A DNA stretch of 21,626 bases from Chlamydiales bacterium. Lineage in GTDB: Bacteria > Chlamydiota > Chlamydiia > Chlamydiales > JBDQID01. The position numbers were made by a program, and so were the translations under genes. The stretch is from positions 1 to 21,626 of the forward strand of contig JBLFWS010000045.1 of NCBI GenBank assembly GCA_047611865.1. Reading direction: 5' to 3'. Positions 1 to 7,699 of the stretch are shown one piece after another; the stretch's first letter is position 1; each line of letters opens with the position of its first letter. The notes under the pieces were generated by a model. The model worked only from the letters and a program-made list of their open reading frames with translations, did no database searches and was not told the DNA's origin.

Positions 1-10
1 TATATAAAAG

Positions 11-93
<83 letters not shown>

Positions 94-108
94 GAAAAAG
101 AGACCACC

Positions 109-137
109 AGATTATCCTCTATAGTCATAAGAATCAA
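109..137 (-). promoter_or_regulatory. Putative sigma66/sigma70 promoter of tRNA-Leu
   Basis: TTGATT (137-132), 17-nt spacer, TAATCT (114-109), 15 nt upstream of the tRNA 5' end. Confidence 0.55.
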
Positions 138-150
138 GAGGTTTTTCTGG

Positions 151-183
151 AAAACTTACCCCGCTACTGAAGTAGCGGGGTAA
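151..183 (-). terminator. Intrinsic terminator of grgA
   Basis: Perfect inverted repeat TTACCCCGCTACT (156-168) / AGTAGCGGGGTAA (171-183), 5 nt after the stop codon, followed by GTTTT on the minus strand. Confidence 0.8.
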
Positions 184-188
184 TTATT

Positions 189-1427
189 TTATGCTTCTGG
201 ATCGGCGCCTTGATTGGCTTTAAGGATCTCATCCTTGCGGACATCCTCATCAAGATCGTCGTTGATATCTTCTGACGACTCTAAAGTAGTAGGATAATCA
301 TCTTCGTCTTCATCCTCTTCTTCTTCAGTGTCAAAGTTATCTAACTCATCATCGAAAACTGTATCGTCGTCTTCATCTTCTTCCTCATCATCATCATCAT
401 CAGAAGCATCAAAAATTGTTCCAGGATGTGTATATCTGTCATCCTCGAAATCATCTTCTGATGAAGGTGGGAACCACATAGAAGGAAAGGCTGGACCGTC
501 ATCCTTGTTATTAACAAGCTCTTCTTTATGAGGGAAAACTTCAAGAGAGGTCTCTCCAGTTTTTTCACCTAAGAATTCTTGCTCACTAATGACATGCTCA
601 AGTCTTTCTGGTGAGACATTACCTTGTGGTAGTATCTCCGTAACGACTTCATTATTTTCTTCACCTTTTCGGACGTCAGAGCTAAATAGGCTCTTATCAT
701 CACTTACGACAGGCTGGTCCTTCTCGACATTTTTAGTGTCTCCGATACCGTACTGCTCTTTATATCTTTCGATACTCTCTGAGATCAACTTAGAGGGCGG
801 AGGCAGTAGAGTGTTTGTCCCAGTATAAGGCGTTCTGACACTCTGCTTTCTGGGCGCTCTTTCTGGGCGTGTAGTTTCACTGCGTGGGGCAGTAGTTTCA
901 CTGCGTGGAACAGGCTTAACCTCTGGCTCTTTTACTGCAGCCTTTGGTGTAACTTGATCAACGGCTCCGCCTTCTTGAGAATCGTCAGTCTCGTCTGTCT
1001 TTTCATCGCGTCCACCACGACGGCGACGTTGGCGACGACGTTCTCTCTTTCTATCACCTCGTGCAGAAGCACTCTCCTCAGACTCAACTTCTTTTTTCTC
1101 AGGAACTGCCTGTTCACGCCCACTCTTAAGTACGGCATCACGTCCACCACCAATTTTTATATTACGTTCGAGGGCGACATGTTTAACAACAATTCTGGTT
1201 TCTCTCACTTCCAGTACTTCGTAATCCGTAACAGGTACAAGGAAAGCTTTAGGTCGATCAGGGGATCGAAAGAAAAAAGCGTAACCAAAAGACACAACTT
1301 CAAGTGCGTCTACAAGGTGTTCCTCCTGACCACTAGCTTTACTGTTACGTACTACTAATTTATACCCCTCTTTGGAGGTTATGATCGTCTCTATAATGGG
1401 TTCTCGTGTAAAATTCACTGACTTCAT
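189..1427 (-). CDS. grgA: GrgA (CT504)-like chlamydial transcription regulator with a long acidic C-terminal tail
   Basis: N-terminus FTREPIIETIITSKEGYKLVVRNSK...FLVPVTDYEVLEVRE, a central K/R-rich stretch and the LLPPPSKLISE motif match the GrgA family as I recall it. Position after gapA matches CT504-CT505 synteny. The start could be the GTG at 1418. Confidence 0.85.
   Translation of the reverse strand: MKSVNFTREPIIETIITSKEGYKLVVRNSKASGQEEHLVDALEVVSFGYAFFFRSPDRPKAFLVPVTDYEVLEVRETRIVVKHVALERNIKIGGGRDAVLKSGREQAVPEKKEVESEESASARGDRKRERRRQRRRRGGRDEKTDETDDSQEGGAVDQVTPKAAVKEPEVKPVPRSETTAPRSETTRPERAPRKQSVRTPYTGTNTLLPPPSKLISESIERYKEQYGIGDTKNVEKDQPVVSDDKSLFSSDVRKGEENNEVVTEILPQGNVSPERLEHVISEQEFLGEKTGETSLEVFPHKEELVNNKDDGPAFPSMWFPPSSEDDFEDDRYTHPGTIFDASDDDDDEEEDEDDDTVFDDELDNFDTEEEEDEDEDDYPTTLESSEDINDDLDEDVRKDEILKANQGADPEA
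871..908. repeat. In-frame tandem duplication with 21-bp period inside grgA (PRSETTA-PRSETTR)
   Basis: GTAGTTTCACTGCGTGG at 871-887 and 892-908. Confidence 0.9.
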
Positions 1428-1452
1428 CCATTGTTATAATTTTTTCGTTCCC

Positions 1453-1564
1453 GCAATAAGACTCCGATACAACACCCCAAGTAGTAGGTGTGCTTTTTTT
1501 CGATCTCGATAATTTGCATGTCATCCAATTAAGATACATTTTTTGTTACCGGCTCTCTTATTGC
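1453..1564 (-). ncRNA. Candidate structured RNA (grgA leader or sRNA)
   Basis: 9-bp outer helix 1453-1461/1556-1564, second helix 1464-1472/1543-1552, inner hairpins 1472-1491 and 1518-1539. G-U wobbles form only on the minus strand. Confidence 0.45.
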
Positions 1565-1658
1565 AATTGAGTAGACCATCATACAACATTATATTCGATA
1601 TATGTGGTCTTTCTATATTTGTTATTACTTGTGGAACTAACAAAACCCGCAAACATTT

Positions 1659-1683
1659 ATGAAGCTAGAGTATCTAGCCTCAC
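1659..1683 (-). terminator. Hairpin downstream of gapA (no immediate U tract; weak terminator or stabiliser)
   Basis: UGAGGCUAGA-UAC-UCUAGCUUCA, a 10-bp stem with one G-U, 15 nt after the stop codon. Confidence 0.45.
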
Positions 1684-1697
1684 AGCACCTTCAAAAG

Positions 1698-2747
1698 CTA
1701 TTTAGAACCGCAACCGGCGGTTTGATGTTTTGTATTTGAAGATTCCACAGAGCCTATGTATTCTAGTAGATCTACGACACGAGCAGAATAGCCCATTTCG
1801 TTGTCATACCAGCATACAAATTTATAAAACGTTTCGTTTAGAGCTATCCCGGCGTCCTTATCAAAAATTGACGAATAGGTGCTTCCTACAAAATCGGTAG
1901 AAACTACCGGTTCATCACAGTAGGCTAAAATTCCTCTCATAGGACCCTCAGCTGCTGTTTTTATAGCTTCACAAACTTCTTCATAGCTTGTGGCACGTGA
2001 CAATTTTACTGTCAGGTCTACTACAGAAACGTCTGCTACGGGTACTCTCAAAGCCATTCCTGTAATTTTCCCTTTCAATTCGGGTAAACACAAAGCAACG
2101 GCTTTCGCTGCACCTGTTGATGCAGGAATAATGTTTTGGTATGCACTACGGCCACCGCGCCAATCCTTTTTAGAAGGACCGTCAACACATGGCTGAGATG
2201 AGGTTACAGCGTGTATAGTGGTCATTAGACCTTCCTCTATACCAAAACTATCTAACAAGACTTTCGCTACAGGCGCAAGGCAATTAGTTGTACAGGAGGC
2301 ATTAGAAACAATCGTATCCTTTTCAGGGTTAAAAGTTTCGTTATTTACTCCCATTACAATAGTAGGGATATCCCCTTTTGCAGGCGCTGAAATTACAACT
2401 CGTCGTGCTCCGGCTTCTAGATGCTTTGAAGCAGACTCTCGATCGAGGAAAAATCCTGTAGACTCTACAACGAAATCAATTCCAAGGGAGCCCCAGGGTA
2501 GTTTGGCAGGATCTTTTTCTGCACAAACTACGATCTTTTTACCATTAACGATTAATGAGTCTTCTGTAGATTCAACAGTTCCATCAAATCTACCATGTGT
2601 GGAGTCATATTTGAGTAGGTAAGCTAGATGTTTTGGTTCTACCAAATCATTGATAGCTACTACATTAATATCATCACGATTAATTGCATTTCTAAATACT
2701 AGGCGACCAATGCGACCAAATCCATTAATTGCTATACTCTTAGCCAT
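1698..2747 (-). CDS. gapA: Glyceraldehyde-3-phosphate dehydrogenase, type I
   Basis: INGFGRIGR, catalytic [21 protein letters not shown]; Shine-Dalgarno (SD) GGAGG. Confidence 0.99.
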   Translation of the reverse strand: MAKSIAINGFGRIGRLVFRNAINRDDINVVAINDLVEPKHLAYLLKYDSTHGRFDGTVESTEDSLIVNGKKIVVCAEKDPAKLPWGSLGIDFVVESTGFFLDRESASKHLEAGARRVVISAPAKGDIPTIVMGVNNETFNPEKDTIVSNASCTTNCLAPVAKVLLDSFGIEEGLMTTIHAVTSSQPCVDGPSKKDWRGGRSAYQNIIPASTGAAKAVALCLPELKGKITGMALRVPVADVSVVDLTVKLSRATSYEEVCEAIKTAAEGPMRGILAYCDEPVVSTDFVGSTYSSIFDKDAGIALNETFYKFVCWYDNEMGYSARVVDLLEYIGSVESSNTKHQTAGCGSK

Positions 2748-2782
2748 GTATTTCCTCCATAATGTACGGCACTGAAAGAACC

Positions 2783-2811
2783 ATCATATCCAAGCGCCTC
2801 CTGAAAGTAAA
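2783..2811 (-). promoter_or_regulatory. Putative sigma66 promoter of gapA
   Basis: TTTACT (2811-2806), 17 nt, TATGAT (2788-2783). Confidence 0.5.
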
Positions 2812-3004
2812 GAGTGAATCACCCAACAAAAGAAGGAAAATCTCCGAAAATTCAAAGTATATTTTGTATATCCAATTTCGAAGTAATGAGACACTACGCT
2901 TAAAGAACTCTTAGGCACTAAGAGTTAGACAAGTAGGCCTGAAGTTACTTTCATTAACCCTAGGATAAGATCCAGTGTTGAATTCAAGCCGTAAGCATGA
3001 AGGT

Positions 3005-3033
3005 AAAAAAAAAGCGGCCTGTAAGCCGCTTTT
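3005..3033 (-). terminator. Intrinsic terminator of the ribosomal/alpha operon
   Basis: AAAAGCGGC-TTACAG-GCCGC followed by a run of 9 T on the minus strand, downstream of rplQ. Confidence 0.9.
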
Positions 3034-3081
3034 CTAACTGGGTGAAGTACATCAGTTAATGATTACTTACCAGATAAACTC

Positions 3082-3510
3082 TTACTCTGCAAGATACTCA
3101 ATAAAACATCTTTCGGCACCATCACCAGCACGATTACCTTTTTTAATGATACGAGTGTAACCACCTTGTCTTTCAACAAAGCGAGTTCCAAGTTCATCAA
3201 AAAGCTTGCTGATAACAAGACGATCGTCGTTGTATGCACTAGTGTCACCATCTCTGGCAGCACGAGCTTCCTTACTAGATAACGAGTTAAAGCGAATCAT
3301 TAGGCGACCAATAGCATCTCTTCTGCTAGCCAGAGTATTTTTCTTAGCTAGTGTGATCATGCTATCCGCATAACGTCTTAATTCTTTAGCCTTAGCAACA
3401 GATGTCTCAATACGCTCGTGCGTAATAAGAGATTTGAGCATATTGGCTAATAGACAGCGCGTATGCGAACAATTACTAGCTATCTTAAATGTTCTTTTTC
3501 TATGTCTCAT
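3082..3510 (-). CDS. rplQ: 50S ribosomal protein L17 (with chlamydial insertion)
   Basis: [29 protein letters not shown]; insertion [21 protein letters not shown] typical of Chlamydiae. Confidence 0.98.
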   Translation of the reverse strand: MRHRKRTFKIASNCSHTRCLLANMLKSLITHERIETSVAKAKELRRYADSMITLAKKNTLASRRDAIGRLMIRFNSLSSKEARAARDGDTSAYNDDRLVISKLFDELGTRFVERQGGYTRIIKKGNRAGDGAERCFIEYLAE

Positions 3511-3530
3511 TGTAGTCTATATCCTCTATA

Positions 3531-4619
3531 CTACTTCCCAAGCACTTCTTCACGATGTTTGGTTACAATACTTTTAACGTTTTCACGCGTGACATTGTAC
3601 TTGTTCAAATCCATGCCAAGGTTAAGTCCCATCTCGAAGAGTTTGGCCTTAATCTCATTAAGTGATTTCTTACCGAAGTTTCTAAACTTTAACATCTCAG
3701 ACTCGGGCTTGATAACAAGCTCCGCTATGCTTTCAATATCTGCACCATTCAGGCAGTTAGAAGCACGTACTGAGAGTTCAATTTCGTCTATACGCATGGT
3801 AAGCTTTAACATCATTTCATCACGGTCACTCTCTTCCTGAGAAGAACCTTCTTCGAAAACGATGCTATGAGTTTTGATACGGTTAAGGACATCAAAGTGC
3901 TTAATTCCAATTTGAGTAGCAAAAGAAAGGGCTTCTTGTGGAGAGATCCTTCCATCTGTTGTAACTTCTAGAACCAAGCGGTCGTAATCTGTATCTTGTC
4001 CTACACGTGTATTTTCAACAAAGTAATTCACCAGTCTGACAGGAGAGAAGCTTGAATCGATGACAATTTCATCAATAAGCTTATGTTCAAATTCGTGTCT
4101 TTCTGATGGAACATAACCTCTACCAATGGCCACTTTTAAGTCCACTTGACGAACACATGGTTTCGTGACAGTGAAAATATGCAGGTCTGGATTAATAAGG
4201 TCGTACTCGCCAGCTGTTATCAAATCTCCCAAGGTTACTTTACGAGAGCCAAGTTCTGTAAGCTCTTCTTCAGTAACTTCGAGTGTAGTTGTAATAATTC
4301 TGGGCTCCCTGGAAAAATTTTCTTCTTCCACTGGAAGTCTACGTAGAAGAGCATTTTTAAGATTAAGGATGATATTAGTCATATCCTCAATAATGCCATC
4401 TACAGCCATATATTCGTGTGTCACACCTTCAATACGAACTGAAACAATCGAAGGGGCTTCCAAAGCTGTTAGAAGCATACGACGCATTGAACTACCAATT
4501 GTGTGGCCGAAACCTCTTTCAAATGGTTCTGCAATAATGCGAGCAAATGTTGGCGTAGCGCTTTCATCGTCAATCTTAATCTGCTCAGGGATTTCAAATT
4601 TGCCATATACGACTGACAT
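3531..4619 (-). CDS. rpoA: RNA polymerase subunit alpha
   Basis: EPFERGFGHTIG, GRGYVP, FSPV, ELSVRASNCL, NFGKKSLNEI; SD AGGAG. Confidence 0.99.
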   Translation of the reverse strand: MSVVYGKFEIPEQIKIDDESATPTFARIIAEPFERGFGHTIGSSMRRMLLTALEAPSIVSVRIEGVTHEYMAVDGIIEDMTNIILNLKNALLRRLPVEEENFSREPRIITTTLEVTEEELTELGSRKVTLGDLITAGEYDLINPDLHIFTVTKPCVRQVDLKVAIGRGYVPSERHEFEHKLIDEIVIDSSFSPVRLVNYFVENTRVGQDTDYDRLVLEVTTDGRISPQEALSFATQIGIKHFDVLNRIKTHSIVFEEGSSQEESDRDEMMLKLTMRIDEIELSVRASNCLNGADIESIAELVIKPESEMLKFRNFGKKSLNEIKAKLFEMGLNLGMDLNKYNVTRENVKSIVTKHREEVLGK

Positions 4620-4641
4620 AAAACTAAACTCCTGTGGGCTC

Positions 4642-4804
4642 TTGTTGTGATTCCATACCGCTTACATTAATGTAACGGAGACTTTCCTGATTGGGATCTG
4701 TATATTCCCAAATCGAGGCCGGCTTCCTCTTGAAGCCTTTTCATCTTTAGCCTCTATTCATTCCCATCACCATACAGGGATGGAATCCATTTTTTCCACA
4801 ACAA
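4642..4804 (-). ncRNA. Candidate multi-branch cis-regulatory RNA between rpsK and rpoA
   Basis: Nested helices 4642-4649/4797-4804, 4649-4656/4780-4787, 4658-4678, 4689-4714, and 4715-4754 enclosing 4721-4737. Confidence 0.5.
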
Positions 4805-4834
4805 CGTGAAATATTTCGCTGATGTATACTCTAC

Positions 4835-5236
4835 TTAGACGCGACGACGCTTTGGTGGTCTGCATCCATTATGAGGTACTGGAGTCTTATCTCTGATTAT
4901 GCTAACGCTCAAACCAGCACTAATTAGTCCACGAACAGCAGATTCTCTACCGGCACCAGGACCTTTTAGATTAACTTCGACCTCTTTCATCCCCATTGAA
5001 GCAGCAGATTTACCGGCTGACTGAGCAGCAACAGTAGCAGCGAAAGCTGAGGATTTCCTGGAACCAGAAAAGTTTACCTTTCCTGCAGATGCCCAAGATA
5101 CCACGTTGCCAGCTGGATCGCTAATGCTGATAATGGTGTTATTGAATGTAGCTTTTACACTAACAATCCCAGTAGGGATGTTACGTAAAACCTTCTTCTT
5201 AACTTTCTTTGTCTTGTGTGAGGATTGCTTAGCCAA
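4835..5236 (-). CDS. rpsK: 30S ribosomal protein S11 (TTG start)
   Basis: [50 protein letters not shown]. Confidence 0.99.
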   Translation of the reverse strand: MAKQSSHKTKKVKKKVLRNIPTGIVSVKATFNNTIISISDPAGNVVSWASAGKVNFSGSRKSSAFAATVAAQSAGKSAASMGMKEVEVNLKGPGAGRESAVRGLISAGLSVSIIRDKTPVPHNGCRPPKRRRV

Positions 5237-5300
5237 AGCTTTCTCTCCTTACTATCTCATTAAGTTAATATACTGTTCAAACCACTTTCAAGCGGCAACT

Positions 5301-5669
5301 TTATTTCTTCTTACCAGGTATCGCTCTTCGCTTACCCTTACGAGTTCTAGCGTTTGTGCTGGTTCTCTGTCCGCGAACGGGCAGTCCAGTACGGTGGCGA
5401 ACTCCACGGTAACTGTTGATGCTCATCAGTCGTTTGATGTTATTTTGTACTGTTCTTCTGAGATTACCTTCGCAAACGTAGTCAGTTTGAAACGCTGCAT
5501 TTAGGCGCGCAATATCATCTTCTGTGAGGGTCTTAGCATGCATGTCAGGATCTAAACCTAGCTTGCTAATTACATCATTTGAAAGGTGACGACCAATACC
5601 ATAAATGTAGGTAAGGGCGATTTCTAATCTCTTGTTATCAGGTATGTCTATACCAATTACGCGAGGCAT
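5301..5669 (-). CDS. rpsM: 30S ribosomal protein S13
   Basis: IALTYIYGIG, YRGVRHRTGLPVRGQRTSTNART. Confidence 0.99.
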   Translation of the reverse strand: MPRVIGIDIPDNKRLEIALTYIYGIGRHLSNDVISKLGLDPDMHAKTLTEDDIARLNAAFQTDYVCEGNLRRTVQNNIKRLMSINSYRGVRHRTGLPVRGQRTSTNARTRKGKRRAIPGKKK

Positions 5670-5703
5670 TGGATTCTCCCATAATTTTTAAAAATGCACG
5701 ATT

Positions 5704-5732
5704 ATTGTATCTAATTTTCCCTTAAAGATCAA
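5704..5732 (-). promoter_or_regulatory. Putative internal sigma66 promoter for rpsM-rpsK-rpoA-rplQ
   Basis: TTGATC (5732-5727), 17 nt, TACAAT (5709-5704), 34 nt upstream of the rpsM ATG. Confidence 0.65.
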
Positions 5733-5782
5733 CGCATTAGTTTATTGGCAACTATATTCAAGCAACAAAGGGAAAATTAATT

Positions 5783-7156
5783 TTATCTTCCACGCACCTT
5801 ACCACGTTTCATAAAGCCATCATAACGCTTCATGAGAAGATGCGATTCAATTTGTTTCATCGTATCAAGTGCCACACCGACAAGAATCAATAAAGGAGTT
5901 CCACCGAAGAAATAAGTAATTCTTTGGTCTACTCCCATAAGCTTCCCTACCAGGGAGGGGCAAATGGCAACCGACGCCAGAAAGGCTGCACCAATAAAGG
6001 TGATGCGATTCATAGTATAGTCCAGGTAATCTTGCGTAGGTTTCCCCTGCTTAATTCCCGGTATAAAGGCTCCATTCTTTTTCATATCAGAAGCAATTTG
6101 CTCCGGATGAAACTGTGTTGCAGTCCAAAAGTACGTAAAAAATACGATGAAGCCTACAAAGCAAAACATATAAAGGGGCGTTCCTGGGATTAACATCGAA
6201 GTTATATCACCAATAAACGTTCCCTCACCAAGGAACTGACCAATTGTTGCTGGAAACATCAAAAGTGATGAGGCAAAAATCACTGGGATAACCCCAGCAT
6301 AATTGATTTTCAAAGGGATATAGGAGCTCCCTCCACCTTGAACCTCACGTCTTCCGACGATACGCCTTGCATACTGGAGCGGAATTCTCCGCTGTCCTTG
6401 AATAATAAGTATTGTTGCTACAATTACGAGGACAAAGATGCCTGATAAAACTAGCATTTGTGAAAAGGCAAGCTGACCGGGTTCTTGCGAGTCGAGGTTC
6501 AGCTGCGATAAGATCACACCGAAAGTTGTCGGGAGTGAGGATACAATACCTACCGTAATGATTAAACTCATTCCGTTCCCAATACCTTTTTCAGTGATTT
6601 GCTCACCGATCCACATGAGGAACACTGTTCCGGTCGTCATAGTACATATGACAATTATATAGAACAGCCATGCTCCACCAAGTAATTGATCATCTAGCAG
6701 TTCGCTGGCTATAATGCCTGGTCGAGTCGAATTTAAATAAATTGCAGACTTCGCGAACATACCAGACTGAAAGACCGCTAGTCCCAGAGTTAAAATCCGG
6801 GTCCATTTGATCAATTTTCTTCTTCCACCTTCAGGATTTTCACGAAGTTCCCTCTGAAGGCCAGGAAGTAATGTCATCAACAGCTGCATCATAATTGATG
6901 CAGATATATAGGGCATAACTCCCAAAGCAGTGACAGTCATCTGGGCGAACGCGCCACCCGTGAACATATCAACTAGCTGGAATAAATTCTGTCCGCCACC
7001 ACTTTCATATCTGAAATACGCGGCAGCAATTTCACTGTTTATCCCAGGTACTGGTACAAATCCGCCTATTCTACACGCTGCTAAAAGCAACAATGTCATG
7101 ACAATTTTTGTTTTCAGTTCTGGTATCTGAACGATGCGTTTAAAGGTCTCGATCAT
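5783..7156 (-). CDS. secY: Preprotein translocase subunit SecY
   Basis: [42 protein letters not shown]; multiple hydrophobic segments; follows rplO. Confidence 0.99.
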   Translation of the reverse strand: MIETFKRIVQIPELKTKIVMTLLLLAACRIGGFVPVPGINSEIAAAYFRYESGGGQNLFQLVDMFTGGAFAQMTVTALGVMPYISASIMMQLLMTLLPGLQRELRENPEGGRRKLIKWTRILTLGLAVFQSGMFAKSAIYLNSTRPGIIASELLDDQLLGGAWLFYIIVICTMTTGTVFLMWIGEQITEKGIGNGMSLIITVGIVSSLPTTFGVILSQLNLDSQEPGQLAFSQMLVLSGIFVLVIVATILIIQGQRRIPLQYARRIVGRREVQGGGSSYIPLKINYAGVIPVIFASSLLMFPATIGQFLGEGTFIGDITSMLIPGTPLYMFCFVGFIVFFTYFWTATQFHPEQIASDMKKNGAFIPGIKQGKPTQDYLDYTMNRITFIGAAFLASVAICPSLVGKLMGVDQRITYFFGGTPLLILVGVALDTMKQIESHLLMKRYDGFMKRGKVRGR

Positions 7157-7196
7157 GTTACATCACTTGCGGTTGAATAGAGCGTTACAGATCTAT

Positions 7197-7230
7197 AAAT
7201 AAAAGAACATGAGCTTAAACTCATGTCCTT
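7197..7230 (-). terminator. Terminator/attenuator-like hairpin between rplO and secY
   Basis: AAGGACAUGAG-UUUAAG-CUCAUGUUCUU followed by UUAUUU on the mRNA strand. Confidence 0.55.
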
Positions 7231-7246
7231 CATAGCTGGTATGTAT

Positions 7247-7699
7247 TTATGCAACTACTTTGTAGTCTATACCTAGCTTCTCAAGTTTAGCTCTAGCTCC
7301 GGAAGAAATGGCGTTTACTTCGATACCAACTTTTCTTTCTAGATCACCATCACCGAGTATTTTTACACCGTAGCAATTTCCATTAATAAAGCCGTGCATC
7401 CTCAAAGAATCTTCATTCACAACTTCGCCGTCAGCAAAGAGAACATTGATCTGTCTAAGATTGATAGATACAAGTTTCTTTTGAAAGCGTACGTTGCTAA
7501 ATCCTCTCTTAGGAAGCTTGCGATAAAGAGGAAGTTGTCCACCCTCATTACCAAGACGCCTTTTATAACCAGATCTTGCTCCCGCACCGTTGTTCCCACG
7601 GCCACATGTTTTACCCATTCCACTACCAGTTCCTCTGCCGACTCGCTTAGTCTTAACATGATCACGGTAGGTATTTTCTAAGGTATGTAAGCTTGTCAT
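7247..7699 (-). CDS. rplO: 50S ribosomal protein L15
   Basis: KRVGRGTGSGMGKTCGRG, EGGQLPLYRKLPKRGF; start overlaps the rpsE stop (TAATG). Confidence 0.99.
   Translation of the reverse strand: MTSLHTLENTYRDHVKTKRVGRGTGSGMGKTCGRGNNGAGARSGYKRRLGNEGGQLPLYRKLPKRGFSNVRFQKKLVSINLRQINVLFADGEVVNEDSLRMHGFINGNCYGVKILGDGDLERKVGIEVNAISSGARAKLEKLGIDYKVVA

Noticed and set aside
1698..1712. C-terminal CGSK of GapA as a CaaX prenylation signal
   Set aside because: The middle residues are not aliphatic and a terminal Lys is atypical.
4620..4834. rpsD remnant, 6S RNA, SRP RNA or tRNA in the rpsK-rpoA spacer
   Set aside because: No S4-like peptide in the short minus-strand ORFs, no SRP GGAA-loop motif or T-loop, and the fold is multi-branched rather than a 6S-like rod.
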